Below are positions 25,763 to 38,783 of a stretch of 64,000 nucleotides of DNA, piece by piece (position 1 is the stretch's first letter; each line of letters begins with the position of its first letter). Under the pieces are notes generated by a model. It searched no databases, was not told the DNA's origin, and was given only the letters and a program-made list of their open reading frames with translations. The stretch covers positions 30,690,001-30,754,000 of the forward strand of contig NC_042998.1 of the NCBI RefSeq assembly GCF_006345805.1, given 5' to 3'. The DNA is from Octopus sinensis (Eukaryota). The translations under genes and the position numbers were made by a program.

Positions 25763-26912
25763 AAAATTTACTTCTTGCCCATGTTTTGGGGGGTTGCTGC
25801 TTTTTGTGTGTATATTTTGTTTTTTTTTTCTTTTTTCAATTATTTTCAACTTATGTTTCCACTGATGGAGCTGATGCCTTTACACATCTTTAAATGTGAC
25901 AGAAGCGAAACTGAAACTTAACTCATTACCAACGTGACGATGTTTCAGTCTTTTCACATGTTTCTAATGGGTAAATCAGAAGTCGACGAACAAAACCTCT
26001 CACTATTTTCCAGAGCCGCCAATGTTGAAAATCTGGCTCGAATTTTTGCAAAGAGAAGCTGCCATTAGAGATATCCAAGGACCAGATGGTGAGGTTAAAC
26101 ATAGCAAAGTCAAATCGACCAATAACTAATAAACAACACAGAGATTCCTTTGAAAGGATTCTGCAGTTTACATCTACCATATTTTAATCCCAAGATGTCT
26201 GTTGCCCTGATGTTATAGTAGAAGACACTTGTCCTCTCTACTAAGAAACTAGATGTGTCCTGAAGCCAGATAACTGTGGAAGAAACATTTTAATTACAAA
26301 ACTACGTCTCCAATCATAAGAGATTTACCAAACTTGATAAAAAGTAAGAAATATAGCAATGACGTATAATGGCTGTTGTCAAAGTGTGTGCTGCTGTACT
26401 GAACCGATTCTTCCATGTATAAACTTTAGGCTATTTCTATACACAATGCAACTCCAACGTGATTCTGTTTTTGTTTCACAGTGTATTATTAGATTTGAAA
26501 ACAAATTACAGCCAGATATTACATCGTAATGTAAGAAAAGAATTCTTATAAAGAAAGTTTACCAAGACCCGTGGGTAAGCAACATTTACCAAACAGCCAG
26601 AATATACGCCCCTGGAATAAAACTATAACATTTTCAACAAAAGCTTGAAGAAAAATACTTCTGTCATTTTCCGTTTGTTGAAATGATATTTTTTTCTCCA
26701 CCTACTGCTGGCATTGTTAATTTACTTAATTTTTTTTTTTTGTTTTTGTTTTTCTTTGGCAATTTAGCATTGCAGAACACAAATGACTGAGTAGCTGTCA
26801 ATAATTTATTGGACTTTATGAAATAATTTATTATCTTTCGACATTGTATTCACAACTCAGCAGGGACACACTTATTAACTCTTTCGAACGACTACAACGA
26901 AGGCCCATAATA

Positions 26913-27508
26913 TACCTATTTCTTTACTACCCACAAGGGGATAAACATAGAGGGGACAAACAAGGATTGACAAACGGATTAAGTCGATTATATCGACCCC
27001 AGTGCGTAACTGGTACTTAATTTCTCGACCCCGAAAGGATAAAAAGCAAAGTCGACCTCGGCAGAATTTGAACTCAGAAAGTCGAGGCAGTCGAAATACC
27101 TATTTCCCTACTACCCACAAGGGGCTAAACACAGAGGGGACAAACAAGGACAGACAAACGGATTAAGTTGATTACATCGACCCCAGTGCGTAACTGGTAC
27201 TTAATTTCTCGACCCCGAAAGGATGAAAGGCAAAGTCGACCACGGCGGAATTTGAACTCAGAACGTAACGGCAGACGAAATACCTATTTCTTTACTACCC
27301 ACAAGGGGCTAAACACAGAGAGGACAAACAAGGAAAGACAAACGGATTAAGTCAATTATATCTACCCCAGTACGTAACTGGTACTTATTTAATCGACCCC
27401 GAAAGGATGAAAGGCAAAGTCGACCTCGGCGACATTTGAACTCAGAACGTAGCGGCAGACGAAATACCGCTAAGAATTTCGCCCGGCGTGCTAACGTTTC
27501 CGCCAGCT
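26913..27508 (-). repeat. SINE A trimer, 184-bp period
   Basis: Landmarks at 27093, 27277 and 27461, with a single head. Confidence 0.9.
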
Positions 27509-27531
27509 CTCTCTCTCCCTATCACTCTCCA

Positions 27532-27621
<90 letters not shown>

Positions 27622-28238
27622 TTCTCTCTTATGCCTTCTTTTATTACTCTCCACTCGTTGTATTTCCTTAAAGATTGCTCTCAAAGGAAATACACAAAAA
27701 TTAAGAACTTGAAGAACAGAAAACGAACGATATTCCAGTTGAAACATTCTGTTATTCTTTTGCTTTAACAGAATCTATTTAACGTTTAAGCTGGTAGTCG
27801 TCCATGCACAGGGCGATACAATCCTGCCTACAATGTCTAACTGGGATGCTACGATATATACGTTCAAACTGAAAAGAATTTAAGTGGAGCGCTATTACAG
27901 CTGTAACAGGGACGAATTTAGATAGTCCCTTATTTCTTATATAAAGCCTCGGTATAAAAAAAAGGGAGTTGGAGCTAAATATATTCTTCGCTTTGATCAC
28001 TTGTCTAAAACGTTTGTGGTGTTGTAGCAGTTCTTTGATACCAAACGAATCGAGGATTTTTTGAATGTATTTCATCATTATTAAGAAATTAGAAGAACTT
28101 CAATGGTGTAAAAGAACGGCCATTTCCTTTCTACAACAGGCAAACACTATCACAACCCCAATTGTAACTCCAATTACTGGAGCAGTCGGTAAACGGTGAG
28201 GCTTGTACGTGGCTGCTCGACCTGTAGAAATAGCATCC

Positions 28239-28239
<1 letters not shown>

Positions 28240-28318
<79 letters not shown>

Positions 28319-28646
28319 CTCTTTCTCTCTCTCTCTTTCTTTCTATCTCTCTCTCTCTCTCTCAAGTCTATCACCCAAGTCTTCTTCTTCTTCTTCTTCT
28401 TCTTCTTCTTCTTCTTCTTTTTCTTCTTCTTTTTCTTCTTCTTCTTCTTCTTCTTCTTCTTCTTCTTTTCTTCTTCTTTCTTCTTCTTTTCTTCTTCTCT
28501 TCTTCTTCTTCTCTTTTCTTCTTCTTCTTCTTCTTCTTCTTCTTCTTCTTTCTTCTTCTTCTTCTTCGTCGTCGTCGTCGTCGTCGTCGTCTTCTTCTTC
28601 TAACAATCAGGACTCACGCCATTAGCCACAAAGAATATTCTCTAAG

Positions 28647-28708
<62 letters not shown>

Positions 28709-28710
28709 AG
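28240..28710. repeat. Compound microsatellite (CT/CTAT/CTT/GTC) containing an inverted (GAA)n-tailed 3' end
   Basis: The minus strand of 28600-28648 reads TTCTTTGTGGCTAATGGCGTGAGTCCTGATTG+(GAA)n, matching 29310-29362. Confidence 0.8.
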
Positions 28711-29059
28711 TCTTAAAAAGAAACGTACATGTTCGGTAATGTGGATGTGGAATCCCGACACATAAGAAAAAGACGTAATGGCTGCCAAAACTGGAATTCT
28801 TTTGATCATGGGTCTGTTCGAACAGCGTTGGCCTAGAACTAAACAACAACAGCAATAGTGGAAGCGCAATGACCCAGTGGTTAGGGCGCGGACTCGCGGT
28901 CGTAAGAACGCAGTTTCGATTCCCAGACCGGGCATTGTGAGTGTTTATTGAGCAAAATACACCTAAGCTCCACGAAGCTGCGGCAGGGTGCGGGTTGAAC
29001 CCCGCTGTACTCTTTCACCACAATTTTCTCTCACTCTTTCTTCCTACTTCTGCCACAAA

Positions 29060-29362
29060 GCAGAGGAACCACCATGGTGTAACCCACTATAGTGTGGTAA
29101 ACTTTCAGACCCTAGTCTAGATTGCGAATCCTCTGTACCCCAGGATGGTTCAGCTCACCACCCGTTAAAAAAGCTACTGTTTACGGAATGAAGATAACAA
29201 CGTAGCTTTCGCGCCCGTGCAACCGCCAGTCTACCGCGTGTGATGGGTGGGTCTTCAAGTTGCCACCCGCACTCTTAGTAGCTTAGAGTAGGCTCGAATT
29301 AGAGATTGTTCTTTGTGGCTAATGGCGTGTGTCCTGATTGGAAGAAGAAGAAGAAGAAGAAG
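29060..29362 (+). mobile_element. (GAA)n-tailed non-autonomous retroelement, RTE-like
   Basis: Shares its ~45-bp 3' end with the 28.6-kb copy. The CACCCGTTAAAAA...TACGGAA motif recalls RTE 5' UTRs (from memory). Confidence 0.5.
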
Positions 29363-30089
29363 AAAACAGCAATACCAACAATCTGGTGTTCTTGGGTGAT
29401 AGACTTAATTACTTGATTTGTTTAGAACCTACACTAAGTGTCTTGTGTGTCTTCAGCAGAGTCCGCTCTATTGCCGGAATTCAAACAAGGTCTCTAGCTA
29501 AGGATAACTTCCATCCACCAATTCAGGTGGTTCTGCAAATGATAAGGACCGGCCTGTTTCTCCCCTGACTAAACAACGTAACAAGCTGCAATACTGTTCA
29601 ATGCAGCTTCTATCAAATAAAAAGTTAATTAAATTTTTAATGGGGGTGAGATAACCAAAAGGTACCCAAAAGTCAACAATGTGTTGAAGTCTTGAATCAA
29701 AAGGATCTAACTCTTTTAATCCAATCTCTTGTCGCCACATTAACTCGATTTTTTAGTGGGGAGGTAACCCAATTTTTAAATGGCATTTTTTTAATGGGGG
29801 GTGAGATAACCAAAAAGTACGCAATTTTGTATGATTGGTTATAAAAATATTATCAGATTCAATATGATATTTAATCTTTTCGCTTTTCATGTTTATTAAT
29901 TTTTCATATTTTCTTTGTTTTATTGAAGGTTCAACATTTTTTTTAGTTAGGGGAGATAACCCAATTTTTTAATGGGGGTGAGATAAGCATTCATAGACTG
30001 TAATGCCACATGCATAAAGAATAGATCTGTATAAATATATTACATAAGTCTATAAAAAGTACTTTTTACTTGAAATAAGTATTCAATTT

Positions 30090-30490
30090 AAGGCGGCAAG
30101 CTGGCAGAAACGTTAGCACGCCGGGCGAAATGCCTAGCGGTATTTCGTCTGCCGTTACATTCTGAGTTCAAATTCCGCCGAGGTCGACTTTGCCTTTCAT
30201 CCTTTCGGGGTCGATAAATTAAGTACCAGTTGCACACTGGGATCGATATAATCGACTTAATCCGTTTGTCTGTCCTTGTTTGTCCTCTCTGTATTTAGGC
30301 CTTGTGGGTAGTAAAGAAATAGGTATTTCGCTCGTTGCTACGGTCTGAGTTCAAATTCTGCCGAGGTCGACTTTGCCTTTCATCCTTTCGAGGTCGATTA
30401 ATAAGTCCTAGTCACGCACAGAGGTCGATGTAATTGACTTAATCTCTTGTTTGTCCCCTCTATGTTTAGCCCCACGTAGGCAATCAAAAC
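30090..30490 (+). repeat. SINE A dimer with an older 3' unit
   Basis: The first unit is near consensus. The second, after GAAATAGG|TATTTC, is more diverged and has a shorter tail. Confidence 0.85.
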
Positions 30491-31463
30491 ATAACCATTC
30501 AATTTAACAGAATAACTATATATTTTCGTTCTATTTTTCCCATTATTAGATTAAATTCATCGCTCATTTTATCACACTGTACTCCATGGATATGCGCAGG
30601 ACTATTTGAGACAGGAGGAAAGCTCCTGTGTACAAGTTTTTAAGTTTCTTACCATGTGACAATAATCTTTCGACAGAACTAGAAGAAAGAGATGCACAGA
30701 ATTTAGCCCTTTTATATACTGATAGAAAATCCCAACGAGCCCGGTTTTACATTTCAAGAAGTAAGTAGTTGTCAAAAATTTGTTTTAATTAAGTCATCAA
30801 TACTCTTCAACAAAATTGTCTTTAGGAATTACAGAATCTATTTCGAGAATTTTTTAATACAAGCAAGCATGAAAAATTGATTTGCTTGACGTGAAGGAAA
30901 GAACAAAAAAGAATAAATAAATAAATAAACAGCAATCCAATTCAGTTTTTGAAATGTCCATGTTGCTCTGTTCTTAATGTTTCTATTCACGTTCGTTGGA
31001 ATATTTATCAAATGGTTTATTTTTATATATAGACTTATATATAAGTTATGAGTGGGCGTAAACACCCCAAGACCGGTTGTAAAGCGGTAGAGGACAAACA
31101 AAGGCAAAGACACACAGAAACACACATACACACAGAAACACACATACACACAGAGAAACACTTATATACATTCACACATACATACATACATACATACATA
31201 CATACATACATACATACATACATACATACATACATACATACATACGTACGTACGTATATACATACATACATACATACGTACGTACGTATATACATACATA
31301 TACATACATACATAATACATACATACATACATACATACATACATACATACGTACGTACGTATATACATACATACATACATACATACGTACGTACGTATAT
31401 ACATACATACATACATACATACATACATACATACATACATACATACATACATACATACATACA

Positions 31464-32470
31464 TTCTACCGACCATATCTTATCAATCTGTACCAGCAAG
31501 CTTTCATTGGGAACAATAACATACGACACTGGTTAGCTCTGGTAGGGACAAAATTGTTCCCCAAATGCAGAACCACCCACATGGCAAAAAAACTACCGGC
31601 CAATTGCATGACAGAACTTAATGTATAAAATATATACAGCATGTTTAAACCACTTCCTCCAGGACCATTGGGAAACCAATAACATTATCACAGCAGAACA
31701 AGCAGCTGAGAAGAAGGGAGTCTGGGGATGTGCCGAGCAATTGTTAATCAACAAAACTGTGATGTCAGAGGTGCGAGAGCATAGGAGGAACCCAGTTTTG
31801 ATGTGGCTAGACTACAAGAAAGCCTTCGACTCTGTTTCCCACTCATGGATGCTAGACGCCCTTCATCTTGCTAAAGTTCCAACGAGAATAGTCAAAGCCA
31901 TAGCTGACCTGACTTCATCGTGGGTCACCATCATGAAATTAAATACAAAAAGTGAATGTATTATCACCGATAGAATACAGTATTGCAAAGGATATTCCAA
32001 GGAGACAGCCTCTTTGTCGTGTTGTTTATACTTTGTGTAAACCCCTTGTCATTCATGTTAAGGAAGTTTGAAGAATATCTCACTGGTTCACAAGGAAACA
32101 GAAATACCAAAATTACACACTGTTTCTTTGTGGATGACATAAAACTTTATGCAAAGGATATGCAAGAGATGAAAAAGAGCCTTGACCTAGTTACAACATT
32201 CTCAAAGGATTTACGTTTGGAGTTTGGTCGGGATAAATGTTGTTATATGTTTGTGGAAAAGGGGAAAACTATAACCAGACTAGTTATATATCTCCATTGA
32301 TGATTTGACTGTTTCCTCTGTATCTGACGGGGAATGTTACAGGTATCTGGGGGTGGAAGAAAATATATTTTACAGTGGCACCAGTAACACAACACGTGTC
32401 ACTAAAGAATATTACAGCCGAATAAGGAAAAGTTGGACCTCGGAACTCTCTGCATTCAATAAAACCACAT
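31464..32470 (+). mobile_element. R4/Dong-clade LINE, RT core fragment
   Basis: KNYRPIAC, QLLINKTV, WLDYKKAFDSVSHSW, IFQGDSL..FILCVNPLS, THCFFVDDIKLYAK and FGRDKC. Starts directly after a ~290-bp (TACA)n tract. Confidence 0.9.
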
Positions 32471-32587
32471 AGTTTCGGGTTCAGTCCCACTGCGTGGCAC
32501 CTTGGGAAAGTGTCTCCAACTATAGCCTCGGGCCGACCAAAGCCTTGTGAGTGGATTTGGTAGACGGAAACTGAAAGAAATCCGTCG

Positions 32588-32651
<64 letters not shown>

Positions 32652-32915
32652 CGTGTGTGTGTGTGTGTGTGTGTGTTTGTGTGCATGTGTGTGCGTGTGC
32701 GTGTGTGTATGTTTGTGTGTATGTATTTGTCTCCCCAACATCGCTTGGCAACCGATGCTGGTGTGTTTACGTCCCCGTAACTTAGCGGTTCGGCAAAAGA
32801 GACCAATAGAATAAGTACTAAGCTTGCAAAGAATAAGTACTGGGGTAGATTTGTGCGACTAAAGGCGGTACTCCAGCGTGGCCGCAGTCAAATGACTGAA
32901 ACAAATAAAAGAATA
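32462..32915 (+). mobile_element. SINE B (5'-truncated) fused to the R4 fragment
   Basis: The junction passes through AAACCACAT. Body, microsatellite and tail are intact. Confidence 0.85.
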
Positions 32916-35900
32916 GAAAAAGAATCTATTTTTCTTTCGTTTTTCTTTCGTATATAACCTAAACGGAAAATATTGATTCTTTTCATAATAAGTAAGAAGA
33001 TATTTTGCGGGTGGAAACGAAATAATCTCACAATGTTCCTTGAATGTTAATGTTATTAACCTCGTTGGCTCGCGTGCAATGAATGCCCAGTCGTCATTTA
33101 AATGAGTTAATTTCAAAATGTAGAAACGCAAAGAAATCGTGCAAAGCATTGACTCTGCCACCTTGCAGTTTCTGATAACACACCGTTCTGCTTAACAAAC
33201 TAAAACATTATAATGTTATAAAAGACTATTGTAATTTGCTTCAAGAGTTACAGAGTTTAAACGAAATGATTGTTTTAAAATACTTTAAGAAATACAGGTA
33301 AGACGTTAATGTCAGGCAAAGTATGAAAGGTTGTGCCAACGCATAAAAATGAAAATATATTGTATTACTTTGTTTATTATTTCTGTAATATTTCGGGAAA
33401 GAGTTCCCTGATCAAATAGTAGGGAGACTGTAATTCAAGAGCTCCGGGGAAAGCGTTATTAACGGTCGGCCATTCTGGTGTACTGTGAAATACTAGAATA
33501 TCATAATATACCGTCCTACCTTCATAAACTAGAAAATGTGCATTTGTCTGATAAGCAGTATACATAACAATTATAGAGTGGTATAAAAGAAAGTATGTTT
33601 AATTACAACGGTAAAAAGACAAAATATATTTGGATGAGGTAAATGAAAACATAAAGCATTGGTTTATTGTTTGTTTAGTCCAATATCAGACCTGATCAAG
33701 CAGATCAATTGTTAACGTTATATCCGTCACCATCTTCCCTTATTTTTAAACACATTGTATCTTGAACCAGAGTAGCCAATGTATACTTGATCTATAATAT
33801 CCCACGTTCGGGCAAAAACAGAGTGATATTTGTTGGAGTGTCCAGGCTTCCTTACCTAGCAGGACGAATAATCACGCAACACATGTACGAAGCTTGATAG
33901 AAGCTACCGATGTAAAAGTAATTGCTTTGTCAAGATGATTGCTTTACAACCAAGTGGTTTTCGGTTCAGTCCCACTTCGCACCACCTTCAGTTAGTAATT
34001 TCTACTAAAATTCTGAGCTGTGGTTGGTAAGCAAGCTACTTACCACACAGCCACTACTATTATATCATAAAAATATAATATTAGTTCTCTAATATTTTGT
34101 TCATTTTAGAAATGCAACGAACTGGCAGAACATTAGTACGCCGGTCAAAATGCTTAGCAATATTTCGTCCGTCTATACGTTCTAAGTTCAAAGTTTGCCA
34201 AAATCAACTTTACCTTTCAGAACCGATAAAATAGATATCAGCTGCGTACTGGGGTCGATTTATTCGAGTTGCCCTACCCAGAAATTGCTGGCCTCCTGTC
34301 GAAATTTTAAACCAATATTTTGTTCAGCTTTAAAAAAATGTCTTTTGTTTTTGGGTTCCTATTTTTTTTTAATATTCTACTCATCAAATGAAGTTTCATT
34401 TGTACAACATTCAAATACGTGGCAGATTTTTTTTCCTTTTCTCTTGTTTTTTTATACTTCTCTTTTTTTGTTCGTTGCTGTCAAACGATGTAATTATTGT
34501 TGTAGTTGTAACTCAGTACATATTTGCAATAGACTTACACTCTTCTTTTTCGTCTTCAACTATTCAAATATCGATATGTTAATTATCCGTAGATAATTTG
34601 CAAGAGTCAGCTGTTATTGGATTTTTAATTATGATACATCGGATTAGAAGTAAGGTAAAAACGTAAAAGATTGATTAGGTTCTCAGACAATCTGGCTGCT
34701 TCCCAATAAAAAAAACTATATCAAGAATTTGACGTTTTAGTTTTTGTTTTCATTGTTTTAGATTCATATTTCAACTCTTTAAATATTTGAATAATGTTTC
34801 AGCGCTGATGTTTGATTTAAATTCCAACACAATCAAAAGTATAAAAAAAATACAATAATTTTTTTTTAAATTTTATTGTTTATAACAGATTAGAGTAACC
34901 GACTCCCAATAAACAGGAAAAAATACGTTTCTTTTTTTATTTCAAGTTAAATCTTAAATTAATTTCATTAAAATTCCTTTTAGAAATGACATGTTTATGA
35001 CATTGATTTAGCTTGGATATTGTACTTTTTAACGTACACTCAATTTTTCATCTCCCTCCTATTAATATATCTTAACAGAATCCGATATTGTTGCTAGATA
35101 TACTTAAGAAATGATCCTTAAACGAAAGAAGAAAAACATAAGTTAGTGGTATAGAGTCCTTTTTCTTTTGTAATGATACACAAATTTCATCTTTAAAAAA
35201 TCAATTGCTCAAAAACGTTTCCCCTTAAGCCTTACCTATAACAACGAACGTCGGAATCAATACATACGTATGTCATTAATGTAAATTAATTTAGCGGCGT
35301 GTAACGGACGAAACGATTAAACATTCAACTTGATGATTGATAATATTTATACCCTTCGAGGTTCTGAATTCAAGTTTTGTCAATGTTGACTCTATCATTC
35401 ATTTTTTTCCGAGATCGATAAACTAAATACAAGCTAAATATATAGCGATCGATTCAGTCTTCTATTCTCTTTCCCTATTGATTTGTGGATTTGCTCCAAT
35501 GTAAGAAATCGTTATTTTAGGTTGATTTCAATTCTTTAAAATTACATTATTGGTATCGTTTCCTTTTTATATCCAGTGCCCCAAAGTCAAATTGCTAATG
35601 TATAATTTTAAATTTTAAGAACAGACCAAAATAGTTTAATACTTTTGAGTCAAAGATCGATTAATTCTTTGAAACACGAATGATAACATTGCTAAATTCT
35701 TCTTTGCGTTTTCTAAAATTTAATCACGAAACAATAATAAGCAAACAGTTTTTAAAGTACATTTGAGAGTAAGCAATAGGTTGACCATTTGCTGTGAAAG
35801 AAGGATGCCCGGCCACACATTCAATAGTTAACAGTTATCGTTGAGAAACTGACTTTGTAAGGTTCTTAATTATGGTTGAACCAGCTCACCTAACTAAAAT

Positions 35901-36299
35901 AGATACCGCGCATCTGCAGCTTATTGTTGTAGCAACAGAGGTAACTATACACTTAACGAGTATTTTGGTATACTTTAGTGCCGAGTTCAAGATCACCACT
36001 GAACCTGGGCAATTAAAGGGAGCCTAATACGGTGTCGGTATGTATCCAATTCTGTTGTTGCAATGCAACAGTAAAGTCAATATAAATGCTATTCTAATAT
36101 TGCAAGCTGATACTTTTCAGTTTGATCTCGTAAAATACTCATAGACATGGAAATATTAGCCTCTATCCCAAGTCTCCTCGCTGCAACAAAGTAAAATGCG
36201 GAAGTTAGAAACATTATGTATTGTCCGAAACAATAGTGTGCCGGAGTCAGAATAGTGACCGATTGAAATAAGGTTGTTGGGCTACAGGTTTGAGGACTG

Positions 36300-37139
36300 C
36301 TCCGGCGTTACTACTGAGGTCCAGCAAATATATTCACAGATCCTATGTTCCAAATGGCGACTCATTTGACTTACGTATATTGCACGGAATAAGATTCTAA
36401 ACTATGCAGAATCTTAGACTGGAAGGTGTGCAGACAATGTGTTTGATCGGGGGCGGGGGGGATCTACGAAGGTTGGATGATTTCCTTGAATGTTTCCTAA
36501 CCCAAGATGAGTGTTGGCTTCATCGTTTTGAGTCAGAGAGAAAAAGATAACCTATGCAATGGAAACACCTATCCTCATTTGCTCCAAAGAAGACCGAGGT
36601 AGTTTCATCTGTAGGGAAGTTAATGGCCTCAGTCTTTTGGGACGTAAAATGCATTGTGCTTATTGACCATCTTGAAAAGGGCAACATCATCAATAGAGAG
36701 TACTATGCCAACTTGATGAAGCAGTTACGAAAGGCTATCAAGATCAAATGCCCAAGAAACCTGATGAAAGGGGTCTTTTTTCATCAGAACGATGCTCCAG
36801 CACACAAGTCCTTGGTTTCAATTGCTGTTGTGAGCCACTGTGGTTTTTAACTGCTTGAACGTTCTCCCTATTCTTCTGATTTGACCCCATCTGACTATCA
36901 TATGTTCACCAACATGAAACAACACTTAGCTGGGAACCAGTATCGCAGAGATAATGACGGCTTATTTGATGTTGCTACGAGTTATATTTGAAGTCTTCTT
37001 TGAACAGTCATCTGTCAGTTTACCTGGAAAGAAACAATAGAGTTATTAATAGGAAGTGTTGAAATTAACGCATCCAAGATTTCACAGCTCGAGCATCACT
37101 CCTTCGTAGTCAGCCTATGAATCTTTCACCCCATCCTCG
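36300..37139 (+). mobile_element. Second mariner, 3' two-thirds (different subfamily)
   Basis: SVGKLMASVFWDVKCIVLIDHLEKG, FFHQNDAPAHKS and PYSSDLTPSDYHMF. The right end reads GTCAGCCTATGAATCTTTCACCCCATCCTCG|TA. No left TIR found. Confidence 0.88.
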
Positions 37140-37609
37140 TAATACAACAGTTTTACTGGAGATGAAGAGACGAGAGAAGCATTGCGATCGGGACTTCATT
37201 GAAGTGCTAGGATGGGAAACTCCTGACTAAAAGCTCGTGTAGGTTTAATATTACATTTAAAGAATAAGAGCGGATACTCGAGAAAAATAAGGGTGATTAG
37301 AGGCTCGGATATTAGAAAATGGAATTTGTGAAAGTGGAGTGTGCTGAAAAAGCCGCGTCACAGAATAAAAGTCAGTTTATACTTAATATGCTATTATTCA
37401 ATTATATTTCAAGAGTTCTTGCCAATAGAGAAATTGCCGGTTTCTAACTTTGATCCAAAGCACCTTCATTGGAATTTCAACATCAACGACTAGGCATTTG
37501 TGCATGTCTGTCTGTCTGTATGTATGTATGTAGTATGTATGTATGTATGTATGTATGTATGTATGTATGTATGTAGTATGTATGTATGCATGTATGTATG
37601 TATGTATAC

Positions 37610-38259
37610 GTGCAAATTTGAATGTTTTGTTTTATGTATGTCTTCTGATGCATATACTTGCCTATCTAGACATATACATACTAAAATGATAAACTTTTGA
37701 AAAGTTTTACTGATTTTTACAGTTCCAGTGATGGATTGGATCGATAGTCTTCGAATCTCCTTTCTGGTATTGAGAAGCCTAATTCTTAAGATTGGTATCT
37801 CAGGACCCCAATAATTTCAGGTATAAAGCTGAACTTGTAATCTGAATAGAGTAACTGCAGTCTCACTAATCTTGAGCTTTATGTTAACATCCACTGGAAG
37901 CTGATTTCCACAACTGGTTCTTATTTCTTTATCCTCGGGATTATCCTTCCGACTGATCTCCTTATAGCGTCCTAACTACAACGCCGTATCTCATAGACAG
38001 ATAATGCCGTGATGACGATTTCGGGCAACTGCTTATGATGTGGGTGATATCTTCGGGTTCAACTCCACAAAGTCTGCATCAGTTGCCACATTTTTCTGCT
38101 TCTCCTGCATCTCTGTCCCTTTTGTGCATCAGGTATTGATATTTCTTGTTCCTGGATTGCAAACACGTATCCTTCAAAGTGGGAGGTGGTAATCCAGTTG
38201 TTGGCCCATGACAGACTGCTTTGATGATATATGTGTGTGTGTGTTGTGTGTGTGTGTGT

Positions 38260-38295
<36 letters not shown>

Positions 38296-38640
38296 GTGTG
38301 TGTGTGTGTTTGCGTGTCGGTGTTTGTCCTCCTACCATCGCTTGGCAACCGATGCATGGTCTTCTGCTCATATATACTTATCCTTTCATCTGATGATACC
38401 TTACGGTAGAGTTCTGCGACTAAGGTTATCGGACAAGGAATGCTGCTCAAGGAGCTGCCTTCCAAGTCTTACGATGTTATCAGCCTCATGTATGCAAACT
38501 TGACCAAGGGACAAACTTGATGGTAAAAGATGCTGCCGAAGGGATATGATGCGACATTTAAAGGCATTTTGGATCGATGTTAAGCCTCTTCCGCCTTGTT
38601 TTCGCTTTGAGTAGTGGAGGTCTACGTCAATGTTGATGTA
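37610..38640 (-). mobile_element. R4/Dong-clade LINE 3' portion, flanked by (TACA)n on both sides
   Basis: DVDLHYSKRKQGGRGL, FEGYVFAIQEQE, CRLCGVEPEDITHIISSC (CCHC) and C-terminal SITGTVKISKTF. Interrupted by a (TG)n/SINE B piece at 38231-38380. Confidence 0.85.
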
Positions 38641-38783
38641 TGTATGTATGTATGTATGTATGTATGTATGTATGTATGTATGTATGTATGTATGTATGTA
38701 CGCATGCATTTATATATGTATGTATGTAAGCATTATGTATGTGTGTGTGTATGTATGTATATATGTATGTATTATAAACAAAT

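Noticed and set aside
26482-26574. Exon-like segment with a strong acceptor and two GTAAG donors
   Set aside because: The long form has stops in all frames, and the 49-nt form encodes nothing recognisable and has no partner exons. It could still be a non-coding exon.
38380-38410. CTGATGA-TACC TTAC GGTA hairpin
   Set aside because: It is followed by GAG rather than GAAA and lies antisense within R4 coding sequence, so it is likely chance.
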